Counted from the stretch's first letter, positions 19,247-30,665 are shown. The stretch: 64,000 nt of DNA from an uncultured Gemmatimonadales bacterium (GCA_963739455.1 CAVUAK010000001.1:64001-128000); one strand, 5' to 3'. The notes: generated from the sequence alone by a model not told the origin. Numbers and translations: made by a program.

Positions 19247-21034
19247 ATGTCCGCCGCCGCAGTACAGCCGCACCTTCCGCAACGCGCCAATCCGGCCAGT
19301 CGCCGTCTCCTGATGATCTGCGGGCTGGCCTTTGTCATCGCCATCGGCGCTGCCATGCTGGCCGAGGTGCTGGTCGCCCTCATCGGCCTGATCACCAATC
19401 TTGCCTTCTACGGGCGCTTCTCCCTCGTCTTCACCTCTCCCGCCGGAAATACGCTCGGTCCCTGGGTGGTCATCGTACCGGTCATTGGCGGCCTGATCGT
19501 CGGCGTGATGGCACGATGGGGGTCGCCCGCGATCCGCGGACACGGCATCCCCGAGGTGATGGAGCGCGTGCTGCTTGGCGAGAGCCGCATCCCCCCACGG
19601 CTCACCATCCTCAAGCCGGTCGGCACCGCAATCTCCATCGGGACCGGTGGTCCGTTCGGCGCCGAGGGCCCGATCATCGCCACGGGCGGCGCCCTCGGTT
19701 CCCTGGTCGGCCAGGGCCTGGCCATGACGGCGGACGAGCGGAAGACACTGCTCGCCGCCGGCGCCGCCGCTGGCATGGCCGCCATCTTCGGTGCCCCGGT
19801 GTCGGCCACGATTCTCGCCGTCGAGCTCCTGCTCTTCGAGTATCGCGCCAGTTCGCTCGCGCCGGTGGCCCTCGCCTGCGCCACCGCCGCCGCGGTGCGC
19901 GTAGCCCTGCATGGCACGGCGGCTGTCTTTCCCATGGAGATCACGGCAACGCCGTCTGGCTCGGCCCTCGCGGTCTACACCTTCATCGGCATCGTCGTGG
20001 GTGGATTCGGTGTGGCGATCACGCGCGGGCTCTACTACATCGAGGACCTGTTCGAGCGCCTTCCCATTCACTGGATGTGGTGGCCTGCCCTCGGGGGCGT
20101 GGTGGTCGGCGTCATGGGCTTCATCTCGCCCCGCACGCTGGGCGTGGGATACGACAACATCCAGCAGCTGCTCGACGGTACGCTCGCCGGCGAGGTCCTC
20201 CTCCTGCTCGTCCTCTGCAAGCTCGTGTCCTGGTCGATTGCGCTCGGCAGTGGCACGGCGGGCGGCACCCTCGCGCCACTCTTCACCATTGGTGGCGGAG
20301 CCGGCGTGCTGCTTGGGACCCTCGTTGCGGCGCTCTTGCCGAGCCTCGGCATCGATCCGCGTGTGGCCGGGCTCGTCGGGATGGCCGCCGCGTTCACCGG
20401 GGCGTCGCGCGCGCTGCTCTCCTCGGTCGTGTTCGCCTTCGAGGCCACGCGGCAGCCGATGGGACTGTTGCCGCTGCTGGCCGGCTGTACCGGCGCCTAT
20501 CTCATTTCGCTCCGCACCATGCGCCATACCATCATGACCGAGCGACTGGCGCGCCGCGGTACCCCCGTCATCACCGAGTACTCGGCGGACTATCTCGCGC
20601 GATCGCTCGTGCGAAATCACGCCTCGGCGGCGGTCGTGACACTTCCCGCGACCCAGACGGTACAGCAGACGCGGGCCTGGCTGCAGCAGGCTGACGCGCC
20701 GCGGCATCAGGGCTTTCCCCTCGTGGATACCGATGGCAGGCTGGCCGGCGTGATCACGCGGCGTGACCTGGCGATGAGCGCCGACGACAATCGCATGCTC
20801 GTCGACCTCCTGCAGCGCGCGCCACTCTTTGTCAGCGGCCGCCACTCCCTCCGGGAGGCCGCGGACATCATGGTGCGGGCCAGGGTCGGTCGCCTCCCGG
20901 TCGTCGCGGAGGACGGCTCGGGCAGGGTGGTGGGCATCCTCACTCGCAGTGACGTGCTCGAGGCACACCAGCGCCGCCTCGATGAAACGGGCCACCTGGC
21001 TGGCGCTACTCTCTGGGGCGGGGGCGCCCCCTAG
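19247..21034 (+). CDS. ClC-family chloride channel/antiporter with CBS pair
   Basis: GHGIP, GGPFGAEGP and GGTLAP motifs; C-terminal CBS (FPLVD, GRLPVV, GILTRSD). Confidence 0.9.
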   Translation: MSAAAVQPHLPQRANPASRRLLMICGLAFVIAIGAAMLAEVLVALIGLITNLAFYGRFSLVFTSPAGNTLGPWVVIVPVIGGLIVGVMARWGSPAIRGHGIPEVMERVLLGESRIPPRLTILKPVGTAISIGTGGPFGAEGPIIATGGALGSLVGQGLAMTADERKTLLAAGAAAGMAAIFGAPVSATILAVELLLFEYRASSLAPVALACATAAAVRVALHGTAAVFPMEITATPSGSALAVYTFIGIVVGGFGVAITRGLYYIEDLFERLPIHWMWWPALGGVVVGVMGFISPRTLGVGYDNIQQLLDGTLAGEVLLLLVLCKLVSWSIALGSGTAGGTLAPLFTIGGGAGVLLGTLVAALLPSLGIDPRVAGLVGMAAAFTGASRALLSSVVFAFEATRQPMGLLPLLAGCTGAYLISLRTMRHTIMTERLARRGTPVITEYSADYLARSLVRNHASAAVVTLPATQTVQQTRAWLQQADAPRHQGFPLVDTDGRLAGVITRRDLAMSADDNRMLVDLLQRAPLFVSGRHSLREAADIMVRARVGRLPVVAEDGSGRVVGILTRSDVLEAHQRRLDETGHLAGATLWGGGAP

Positions 21035-21849
21035 TATCCTGCCGGCGCCGGCGCCGGATCGGGCAACTTCGCAAACAGCTCCGCCAGCGTCGGCGCGCCC
21101 GGCCCGATGATCGCCGACATCTCGCTCGTCATCGATGTGCCCAGCCGGTTGGCACCCGCCGCAAGAAACCGGATCGCCATTTCACCGCTGCGCACCCCAC
21201 CGGACGCCTTCACCCCCAGGCTGGTACCAACGGTGCGGCGCATGAGGCGCACCGCCGGCTCGAGTGCCCCGCCCGCGCCGTGAAATCCCGACGACGTCTT
21301 CACGAACGCCGCCCCGGTGTCCATCGCGACCTGTGACGCCTGAACAATGTCCGCGGGTGACAGCACCGCTGTCTCCAGGATCACCTTCACCGGCACCTTT
21401 CCCGCCGCCGCGACCACCGCCGCGATGTCCTTCGCCACCAGGTCCCAGTGCCCCGCCCTCGCGTCGCCCAGGCTCATCACCATGTCGAGCTCGGCGGCAC
21501 CATCTGCCACCGCCTGGCGCGCCTCGTCGGCCTTCACCGACGTCGCCATGGCGCCGAGCGGAAAGCCGATCACTGCGCAGGTCTTCACCGCGGATCCCTC
21601 GAGCGCCGCGCGCACCCGCGCCACCCAGCGACCGTTGACGCACACCGACGCCGTGCCCAGCGCGCGACCCTCCTGCGCCGCCTGGTCGATCTCGTCCGGC
21701 GTCGCCTCGGCCCGGAGCAGCGTGTGATCGATGAACGCCGCGATGCCGCGCTGCGACGCATCCCCGAGCCATGCCGGGACCTCCCCCGTCCACTGGTGCG
21801 CATCGGGGAGGGCAAGGACCTTCGCTACGCGATCAGGAGGGGCGTTCAC
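21031..21849 (-). CDS. deoC: Deoxyribose-phosphate aldolase
   Basis: IDHTLL, VIGFPLGA, ELDMV, KVILET, FVKTSSGF, VKASGGVR. Confidence 0.95.
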   Translation of the reverse strand: MNAPPDRVAKVLALPDAHQWTGEVPAWLGDASQRGIAAFIDHTLLRAEATPDEIDQAAQEGRALGTASVCVNGRWVARVRAALEGSAVKTCAVIGFPLGAMATSVKADEARQAVADGAAELDMVMSLGDARAGHWDLVAKDIAAVVAAAGKVPVKVILETAVLSPADIVQASQVAMDTGAAFVKTSSGFHGAGGALEPAVRLMRRTVGTSLGVKASGGVRSGEMAIRFLAAGANRLGTSMTSEMSAIIGPGAPTLAELFAKLPDPAPAPAGY

Positions 21850-22603
21850 GGAATTGGCCTCGCACGAAGTTCTGCAGGTTCGCGCGATGCTCCGCCACGA
21901 GGTCGGACTGGCTGAACAGCTTTACCAGGAGGGCACCCGCCGCGAAGCCACCGACGTGGGCCCAGAATGCCACGCCACCGCGGTCGGCACCGATCGAGCC
22001 GTAGCCGCTGAATACCTGCATCAGGAACCAGTAGCCCAGCATCCAGTACGCCGGCACCACGATGCGGGTGACGAACACGAACAGGAAGATCAGCATGTGG
22101 ATCTGCACGCGCGGGTACAGCACGATGTACGCGCCCATGATCCCGCCGATCGCGCCCGATGCACCCACCATCGGCACCGCGCTGTTGGGGCTCAGGAACG
22201 CCTGCGTCAGCGCCGCGATCAGGCCGCACAGGATGTAGAACACGAGATAGCGCAGCCGACCCATCGAGTCTTCCACGTTGTTCCCGAAGATGTGCAGGAA
22301 CCACATGTTGCCGATGAGGTGCAGCCACCCGCCGTGCAGGAACATCGACGTCAGCGGCGTCCACCAGGTGCTCACGTTCCCCAGCACGCACGCGACGCCC
22401 TCGCCCGCGGGCACCTCGGTGCCCGCCGGCAGCGTCTGGAAGAGCTCGCCCGGAATCATGCCGAGCTCGCACACCGACTGGATCAGTCGCGGTTCAGTGC
22501 CCGCTCCTTCCACCAGCAGCCACACCGCCACATTGGCCGCGATGAGCGCGTACGTGACCACCGACGTGCGGATTGTCGGGTTGTCGTCCCGGATTGGAAA
22601 CAT
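21833..22603 (-). CDS. Rhomboid intramembrane serine protease
   Basis: MFLHGGWLHLIGNMW, GASG, AHVGG. Confidence 0.93.
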   Translation of the reverse strand: MFPIRDDNPTIRTSVVTYALIAANVAVWLLVEGAGTEPRLIQSVCELGMIPGELFQTLPAGTEVPAGEGVACVLGNVSTWWTPLTSMFLHGGWLHLIGNMWFLHIFGNNVEDSMGRLRYLVFYILCGLIAALTQAFLSPNSAVPMVGASGAIGGIMGAYIVLYPRVQIHMLIFLFVFVTRIVVPAYWMLGYWFLMQVFSGYGSIGADRGGVAFWAHVGGFAAGALLVKLFSQSDLVAEHRANLQNFVRGQFRERPS

Positions 22604-22653
22604 GGAACCTCAATATACGTGACTTGCAACGTTAGGAAGCCCATATTCCGGTC

Positions 22654-24204
22654 ATGACCCCCTCACGTCACACCGTCGTCGCCGCACTCCTGCTCGCAAT
22701 CGCCACGTCGCCCATTGCCGCGCAGGAGCAACTCGGCGTCATCGTGTTCCCCAATTCCGGTAACGCCGCGGCCGCGCCCGCGTTCCTTCGCGGTGTGAAG
22801 CTGCTCCACAGCTTCGAGTTCGAGGACGCCGCCGCCGCCTTCCGCGCGGCGCAGCAGGCCGATCCCGGCTTCGCCCTGGCCTACTGGGGCGAGGCGATGA
22901 CCTACAACCACGGCATCTGGAACGAGCAGGACCTCGTCGCGGCCCGCGCCGTCCTCGCGCGACTCGGCGCCACCCCCGCCGAGCGGCAGGCGAAGGCGGC
23001 GACCCCCCGCGAACAGGCATGGCTCACCACCGCCGAGATTCTCTATGGCGACGGACCCAAGGCGAAGCGCGACACCCTCTTTTCCGCCGCACTCGAGCAG
23101 CTGTCGGCCGCCGACCCCGCCGACAACGAGGCACTCGCCTTCTACGCCCTCTCGCTCATGTCATTGAGCCAGGCGGTGCGCAACATTCCCACGTACATGC
23201 GGGCGGGCGCCCTCGCGCAGGAAGTCCTGCGCCGCAACCCTGACCACCCCGGCGCCGCGCACTACGTCATCCACGCCTTCGACGATCCGGTTCACGCGCC
23301 GATCGGCCTCTACGCCGCGCAGCGCTACGCCCAGATCGCGCCGAGCGCCGATCACGCGCAGCACATGACCACGCACATCTTCCTGGCGCTCGGCATGTGG
23401 CCGGAAGTGGTGCAGCAGAATGCCATCGCGTCAGGACCGGACAGTGCACAGTGGCGGCCCGGTCACTACACCAGCTGGATGCAGTACGGCCTGCTGCAGG
23501 AAGCTCGCTATGCCGATGCGCGACGGCTCATCGAGCTGACGCGCGCGAACATGGCGACGCCGTCCCGCCCGGGAAACCGCTACTACCTCGTGCTCATGCG
23601 GGCACAGCAGGTCATCAACGCCGAGGAGTGGCACGATCCCGTCCTCGACTGGACGGTGGACACCACCGGCATCGGTACTTCGCCCCAGGCCATCGCCGTG
23701 TTCACCGATGGTTTCGCGGCTTACAAGCGCGGGAACCTCGAGGCTGCAGCGAAGGCCACCGACCAGCTCGCTGTCATCAATGCGCAGGGCAAGAGTGACC
23801 GCTTCGGCCGGGTGGAGACGGGTGTCGCGCTGGAGAAGGAACTGCGGGGACTGGTGCATATCGGCGCCGGACGGAACGCGGAGGGCCTGGGGTTGCTCCG
23901 TGAGGCGGCGACGTTCGAGGACGGACTCGCGGCCGAGTACGGGCCGCCCGATATCGTGAAGCCGACGCACGAGCTGCTGGGTGAGGTCCTGCTGGCGAAG
24001 GGCCAGTCCGCCGAGGCACAGCAGGAGTTCGCCCGCGCACTGGCCCTGGCCCCGGGGCGCTCGCTGTCGCTGCTGGGCCTCTCCCGCGCCGCCCGCGCGG
24101 CCGGCGACACCGCAGTCGCCTTGCAGGCCGAGACAACGCTCAAGAAGAACTGGCAGGCCGGCGACGCCGCTGCCCTGGCGAGGTACTCAGCAAAAGAGCC
24201 CTGA
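22654..24204 (+). CDS. Secreted TPR-like helical protein with His-rich motifs
   Basis: Signal peptide; DPGFALAYWG, HPGAAHYVIHAFD, HAQHMTTHIF. Confidence 0.75.
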   Translation: MTPSRHTVVAALLLAIATSPIAAQEQLGVIVFPNSGNAAAAPAFLRGVKLLHSFEFEDAAAAFRAAQQADPGFALAYWGEAMTYNHGIWNEQDLVAARAVLARLGATPAERQAKAATPREQAWLTTAEILYGDGPKAKRDTLFSAALEQLSAADPADNEALAFYALSLMSLSQAVRNIPTYMRAGALAQEVLRRNPDHPGAAHYVIHAFDDPVHAPIGLYAAQRYAQIAPSADHAQHMTTHIFLALGMWPEVVQQNAIASGPDSAQWRPGHYTSWMQYGLLQEARYADARRLIELTRANMATPSRPGNRYYLVLMRAQQVINAEEWHDPVLDWTVDTTGIGTSPQAIAVFTDGFAAYKRGNLEAAAKATDQLAVINAQGKSDRFGRVETGVALEKELRGLVHIGAGRNAEGLGLLREAATFEDGLAAEYGPPDIVKPTHELLGEVLLAKGQSAEAQQEFARALALAPGRSLSLLGLSRAARAAGDTAVALQAETTLKKNWQAGDAAALARYSAKEP

Positions 24205-24221
24205 CTCCAGGGCCCGCTCAC

Positions 24222-24284
24222 CGCTCACGCAGTCGCTGTTCCTCCTCACGCTGTTGCACTCCCTCCTCACGCAGTCGCAGTTCC
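24222..24284 (-). repeat. 21-bp tandem repeat x3, same family as 10472..10534
   Basis: Minus strand: ggaactgcgactgcgtgagga / gggagtgcaacagcgtgagga / ggaacagcgactgcgtgagcg, immediately after a TAG stop. Confidence 0.85.
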
Positions 24285-24461
24285 CTACCACCCATACCCC
24301 ATCGGCACCGCCGCCCCGATCGTCACAGCACCCCACGGCGCCGGGATCCCCATCCCCACCGTCACCGACCAGTTCGTGGCATGCCCGGCACACGCCAGGG
24401 CACTGAGGCACAGCAGCGCGATCAGCACCACCAGTGAACCGCGCGATCCCAAACGGTTCAT
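24285..24461 (-). CDS. Putative small lipoprotein (58 aa)
   Basis: ATGA overlap with the upstream VOC gene; hydrophobic stretch plus ALAC lipobox-like motif. Confidence 0.55.
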   Translation of the reverse strand: MNRLGSRGSLVVLIALLCLSALACAGHATNWSVTVGMGIPAPWGAVTIGAAVPMGYGW

Positions 24462-25313
24462 TGGGCTGGCTCCTTTGCGTCTGGTGGAAGCGGACCGTCC
24501 CACTGCTGCACCGCGAACGCCGCACCGGTTGGATCGCCGATGATCGCCACCATGCCGTTTCGCACGTCGGCTCGCGGCGCAAGGATGACCCGTCCGCCAA
24601 GTGCCACCGCCTGTTGCACCGTGGCGTTCACGTCCGCCACGCGGATCGTGGGGAGCCAGTTGGGCTTCACGTCCTTCACCGGCAGCTTGAGCAGCCCTGC
24701 CATCGGCGTCGAGTCACGCATGAATCGCTGGTACGTTGTCCCCGCGACAGTCACGGTATCACGCTGCCAGCTGAGCAGGTTGCCGTAGAAGGACGTCGCA
24801 GCGTCGACATCCTTCGTCCACAGCTCCACCCACAGCCAGCCGTTGATCGGTACCGGGAGATCACGCGGTTCGAGGCCCGGCTTCATCAGCGCGAAGGGCG
24901 CGCCCTGCGGATCGATGAGGAGCGCAGCCTCGTCGTTCCAGCTCCCCGTGCGCATGGGAGCAACCACGGTGGTCGCCCCCGAGTCGGTCGCCAGCTTCGT
25001 GGCCCGCCTTACATTGTCCACCGCGAAGAAGGTGATCCACTGCGACGCATTCACCTTCCCCTCACGTCCCGCCGAGATGCCCGCCATGGCCACGCCCGCC
25101 TTCTCGCCAATCGACATAGACGAGGTCCTTGCCGAACGTCGGCGCCCGCCAGGTCCAGCCGAACAGCGCGCCATAGAAGGCCTTGGAGGCATCGACATCT
25201 CGCGTCACCAGGTCATGCCAGACCACCCGCCCCGGCGTCACCTGCGCATTCATCGACGAGGGAAGTGACGCCAGCCCCACCACCGCAACCAGCCCGACGA
25301 GACCTCGCCTCAT
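24458..25313 (-). CDS. VOC (glyoxalase/bleomycin-resistance) family protein with signal peptide (frameshift near 25140)
   Basis: VVWHDLVTRDVDASKAFYGALFGW; LWVELWTKDVDAATSFYG; IGDPTGAAF. Confidence 0.85.
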
Positions 25314-26118
25314 TCGATGGTCGCCGCGCAGCTGAGATCCGCGCCGAGCCAGGTCACCGTCGCGTCGCGACCCTTGTTCCAGAACATCACCCCGGACCCC
25401 TCATACTTCGCGCCACTCGCCGGACTGCACCTGCGGGATCGTGATGGTCTTGCCACCCCGGCTCAGCGTGACCTTGCCCGGCGTTACCGGTCGGAGAACG
25501 TGGCGAGCATCCGGCTCCTGGTTCCCTTGGAGTCGGTGCACAGGAAAATCACCTGTGACGGACCCGGTCCACTGCCCCTCCACCACCAACGGCTCCGCCG
25601 GCTCGAACTCATAGACGCCTCCATCGGCCATGAGGCTGATGTGGAGGTGGCCGTCGACGATGACGTACGACCGCATGTGCTCGAAGTCGCGCAGGAAGCG
25701 GGCAGACATCGATCCCGGTGGGCACATCGCCCGCGTCGTGGCCAGCGGACCGAATGCTGAGCCCGCTCGGCGGCGTCGTGGTCCACGTGCCGCTCCCGCG
25801 GTTGCATCCTGCCACCACGCTGACCTTGCCGTCGCTGTCGAACTCGACGGTGTACACCGCCGATCGCTCTGGCGTGATCACCGTGTCCGCCGACGACTGG
25901 AAGCGCACCAGCTGCCAGGCCGATCCCTTCAGGTCGCTCGGCGCAGCGTCGGCAATCTCGTCTGCCTCCATGCGCGCACTGTCGATGGCCCAGCGATCCT
26001 TCGCTTCGTCCACCTGCTCGCCCATCGTCGGCCCCTTCGCCTCCCGGCGACACCCCGCCACGGCAGCGAGCGCGAGCACGCCCGCCAGTGTCACAACCTG
26101 TGCACGTCCACCCCTCAT
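25310..26118 (-). CDS. META (HslJ-like) + MliC-like domain lipoprotein (several frameshifts)
   Basis: Lipobox VAGC; WQLVRF...AGCNRGSG...TTRAMCP; C-terminal frame SGAKYEGSGVMFWNKG..ATVTW..LSC. Confidence 0.72.
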
Positions 26119-27004
26119 GGCACTCTCCCTTGAATCAGCAATGCGCGCGGCGCCACCTCGATTACCGCGCGCGACTCACCCATCAGCTCGCCATCAGCCG
26201 TCATGAATACATGGTCCTCGGCCTCGATTTCCAGCCTCCGCGTCCGCACCATCTCCACCTCGGCGTAGCGACCATGCGTCCCCGAGTAGGTTCGCGGCAG
26301 CAGCGCCAGCGCCCGCAGCCGCGAGAGATCTCGCACCAGGCAGCAATCGAGCAGGCCATCGTGTGGTGACGCACCCGGCGTCATGATGACGCCCCCACCG
26401 TACCGCGTGGTGTTCCCCGCCGCCGCGACAAGATAAGGACCTTCCCGCTCGCCGAAATCACCCCGCAGGCGGAGCCTCGGCGCCCGCCAGGTCGGCAGCA
26501 TCCAGAGGGCGCACGGCCAGGTAGGCCTGGTGACCGAAGATGCGGAACCCGCCGTTGGCCACCCGGCGCGCCACCGCCGAGTCGAGCCCGGTCGCCGCGA
26601 CCGTCAGGAAGACGCGACCGTTGATGACGCCGAGGTCGATCGGCGTTTGCACGTCCGAGAGCATCGACCGCCGCCGCGATCGCCGGGTCGCGCGGCAGGC
26701 CCAGCGCCCCCGCAAAGTCATTCCCCCGGCCCGCCGCCAGCACACCCATGGCGCACCTGGTGTGCGCCAGCGCCGTGGCCACCTCGTGCAGCGTCCCGTC
26801 CCCGCCGGCGGCCAGTACCCGGTCGACGCCACTCGCCGCCGCCGCCCGCGCCAGCTCGCAGGCATGCCCCGAGGCCACGGTCTCCTGCAGCACTACCTCC
26901 ACTCCCTGCTGCTCGATCAGCGCCACCGCCGCCCGCGCCATCGCCACCGCTCGTCCGCGGCCCGCCACCGGGTTGGCAATCACGACGACGGCAGGCGCTG
27001 GCAT
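26115..27004 (-). CDS. Diacylglycerol kinase family (YegS/DagK-like) lipid kinase (frameshifts)
   Basis: IANPVAGRG, AGGDGT, GRGNDFA, YGGG, DGLLD, ADGE. Confidence 0.88.
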
Positions 27005-27065
27005 CCCCAACGTTAATCCCGTGACCGGCATGGCGGCCCGCGCTCACCCTGAGCATCTTTGCGGT

Positions 27066-29802
27066 GTGACTCCCGCGCCCGATCCCGCCGACATTCCGCC
27101 CCCTCTCGCCGCCGCCCTTGCCGATCGCTATCGGCTGGTGCGCGAGGTGGGCATGGGCGGGATGGCCACGGTATACCTCGCGGAAGACCAGAAGCATCAC
27201 CGCCAGGTCGCAGTGAAGGTGCTCCGCCCCGAACTCGCCGCATCGCTTGGCACCGAGCGCTTCCTTCGCGAAATCGAGATCGCCGCCGGCACTGCATCAC
27301 CCGCACATCCTGCCACTCTACGACAGCGGCACCATCTCGCTGCCGACCGACTCACGACTGACGACTGCCGACTCACGACTGTTGTTCTACGTCATGCCGT
27401 TCGTGGAAGGCGAGTCTCTCCGCACCCGGCTCGAACGCGAGAAGCAGCTCCCCGTCGACGACGCCGTCCGCATTGCCCGCGAGGTCGCGGACGCCCTGGC
27501 CTACGCTCACGGCAAGGGCGTGGTGCACCGCGACATCAAGCCCGAGAACATCCTCCTCGAATCGGGCCACGCGATGGTGGCCGATTTCGGCATAGCGCGC
27601 GCCCTCACGATTTCCGGCGAGCAGCGCCTCACTGAGGTGGGACTCGCCCTCGGCACGCCGGCGTACATGAGCCCCGAGCAGGCCGCCGGCAACACCGACG
27701 TCGACGCGCGGAGCGATATCTACAGCCTCGGCTGCGTGCTCTATGAGATGCTCGCGGGCCAGCCGCCCTTTCAGGGGGCCACGTTCGAGGTGCTGCTGCG
27801 CCAGCATATCACCGCGACGTCGCTCCCGATCACCCAGTTCCGTCCAGCGACCCCCGCCTTCCTCGCGGACGTGCTCACCCGCGCGCTGCAGAAGAACCCC
27901 GCCGACCGGTTCACCAGCGCCCGCGAGCTCGCGGCGGCACTGGGAGACGGGTACACCAGCGGCCCGCGGCCCGCGCCAACGATCAGCGGGCCGGTGGCCA
28001 CACCCCTGGCCGCTCCGCATACCCGCTTTCCCCGCGCGGTTCTCTACGCCTTCCTGGCAGTCGGCGCGGCAGCCATCGCCTGGCGCCTTTCGCGAGACGG
28101 ACCAGTGCGCCTCGCGGGCGACAAGCCCCCACCACTACCGGCCACCAGGCTCGTGCAGCTGACCTTCCACGAGGGCGTGGAGGAGTGGCCCGCCTGGTCA
28201 CCCGATGGAAAGCGGCTCGCCTTTTCGCAGGAAGTGGGCGGCTTCAAGAAATTGTTCGTGAAGGATCTCGCCACCGGCGCGGAGCGGCAGGTCACCACCG
28301 CGCCGAAGGACGACATCCAGCCATCATGGTCGCCCGACGGGAAACACCTCGCCTTCGTGCGGGCCAGCCTGGCCACCGGCAAGCTCGAGCCGGGCGACGT
28401 GCTGGGCTGGTACGCCGACGGCGGCGACATCTGGTCGCTCGACATCGATGCGGGCACGGAACGGCTGCTCATCGAGAAGGCGTTCAATCCCGCCTGGTCT
28501 CCCGACGGCAATCGCCTCTCGTTCGACGCGGCGTGGGCCGGGTCGCGGCGCATCTGGGTCGCCGACAGCAATGGGCGGAACCCGCAGCAGGTCACCGGCG
28601 ACAGCGTCGAGTCGGTCGTGCATGCGTCGGCGCGCTGGGCACCCGATGGGAAGCGGCTCGTCTTCCGCCGCATCCTCAAGACCAGGTCGGACATCCGGGT
28701 GGTCGACCTCGGGACCAAGTCCGTCACGGTCATTACCGACGACAACGTGCCCGACCTCGACCCCGTCTGGTCGCCGTCGGGGCGCTACATCTACTTCAGC
28801 TCGTCGCGCGGCGGCGGGCTCAACATCTGGCGCGTGCCCGTCGACGAGTCGGGAATCTCGTCCGGGCCGGGACAGCAGCTCACCACCGGGGCGGGACCCG
28901 ACCTCGAGCTCGCCACCGCGCCCGATAGCAAGCGTCTCGCCTTCGCAGTGCTCGGCATCAACTCCGACGTGTGGCGCCTGCCGGTCGATCCCGTCACCGG
29001 GCGCCCCACCGGCGATCCCACCGTGCTCGTCGGCACCACGCGCGTCGAGAGCCGCGCCTCCTGGTCGCGCGATGGCAAGTCGATCGCATTCAATTCCGAT
29101 CGTCAGGGCGACATGAATCTCTGGGTCCGGACGCTCGCCGATGGGGTAGAGAAGCAGGTGACGACCGGCCCCGGCGGCGACTACCAGCCCGACTGGTCGC
29201 CCGATGGCAGCGCGCTCATTTTCTTCTCATCGCGCTCGGGCAACAACGAGATCTGGACCGTGAACATCGCGAGCGGCGCCCTGAAGCAGCTCACCAGCGG
29301 GCCCGGCACCAAGACCAACCCGTTCTACTCCCCTGACGGGCGACAGGTGGCCTATCACTCCGATGCCAATGGCCGCATCGAGGCCTGGGTCATGAACGCC
29401 GATGGCACCGGTGCGCGACAGGTCACCACCAGCGGCGCCGGCGGGCATTTCATGCGCTGGACCACCGACGGCAAGGCACTCTTCCTGAGCGCCCGCACGT
29501 CATCGGGTGTGCGCATCGTGCGGCTGAACGTCGCCACCGGCGCCATGGACTCGCTCCCGCCCATCGCCAGTGGTGCGCACATCTCGCTGTCACCCGACCA
29601 GCAGCGCATCCTCGACGTGCGGAACCACAAGACCGTCTGGGTCCATCCGCTCGATGGCAGCGAGCCGTACCAGGTGTTCGAGTTCCCCGATCCTGATATC
29701 CGTATCGACTATCCCGTCTGGTCGCCCGACGGGAAGTGGATCCTCTTCGATCGCGCCGCGCCGAGCGGTGGTGACATCTGGTTGCTGGAGGGCATCGAAT
29801 GA
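27066..29802 (+). CDS. Hanks-type Ser/Thr kinase K1 with TM segment and TolB/PD40 beta-propellers (frameshift near 27290)
   Basis: GMGGM, VAVK, HRDIKPEN, DFG, GTPAYMSPEQ; many WSPDG repeats. Confidence 0.92.
27340..27378 (+). repeat. In-frame heptamer repeat CT(G/C)(A/C)CGA inside kinase K1
   Basis: ctcacga ctgacga ctgccga ctcacga. Confidence 0.85.
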
Positions 29803-30665
29803 GCGGCACCGGCAAGATCACCCACATCTCCGACACCGCGCTGTGGGTCGCCTGCTATCGCGCCCAGGAAACCGAGCGCCCCGACGCGATCTTCAAGGAT
29901 CCGTACGCCCGGCGCCTCGCCGGCGAGCATGGATTCCAGATTCTTCAGGCGTTCAAGGACGGCGGCAAGGATCTCTCCTGGCCCCTGGTCACCCGCACCG
30001 CCGTCATGGACGAGATCATCCTCCGTGTCGTCCGCAACGGTACCACTGACGCCGTGCTCAACCTGGCCGCCGGCCTCGATGCCCGCCCCTGGCGCCTCGA
30101 CCTGCCGCCCGCACTCCGCTGGTACGACGTCGACTTCCCCGACATGATCGACTACAAGCTCTCGCACCTGGCCGGGGAACGCGCCTCCTGTCACTATGAG
30201 CCAGGACGCGTAGACCTCTCCGACGGCTTTGCCCGGCGTGAGCTCTTCCGCGAGGTCGGCGCGGCCCATCGCAACGTGCTCGTGATCAGCGAGGGCCTGC
30301 TCGTCTACCTCCACGCGGAACAGGTCACCAACCTCGCGCGCGACCTCCACGACATTCCCGCGATGCGCTGGTGGCTCTTCGACCTCGCGAGCCCCGCGTT
30401 GCTCAGGATGCTCGACAAGACCCGCGGCCCCGTGCTCCGCGCCGGCAACTCACCCATGGTGTTTGCACCGCCCGACTCCACCCGCTTCTTCCAGCCACTC
30501 GGCTGGAAGGAGATCGAATGGCGCTCCACCTTCGCCGAGGGCATGCGCCTCAAGCGCAGCTTCCCGATGGCGCCGTTCTGGGCCTTCGTCACCCGCATCT
30601 CCAGCAAGAAGCGACAGGAGGAGGCGCACCGCTTCTCCGGCTACGCACTCCTCGAATGCACATGA
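29799..30665 (+). CDS. SAM-dependent methyltransferase (LCM/TIGR00027-like)
   Basis: TALWVACYRA, DPYARRLAG, VLNLAAGLDARPWRL, VDFP, ISEGLLVYL. Confidence 0.88.
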   Translation: MSGTGKITHISDTALWVACYRAQETERPDAIFKDPYARRLAGEHGFQILQAFKDGGKDLSWPLVTRTAVMDEIILRVVRNGTTDAVLNLAAGLDARPWRLDLPPALRWYDVDFPDMIDYKLSHLAGERASCHYEPGRVDLSDGFARRELFREVGAAHRNVLVISEGLLVYLHAEQVTNLARDLHDIPAMRWWLFDLASPALLRMLDKTRGPVLRAGNSPMVFAPPDSTRFFQPLGWKEIEWRSTFAEGMRLKRSFPMAPFWAFVTRISSKKRQEEAHRFSGYALLECT

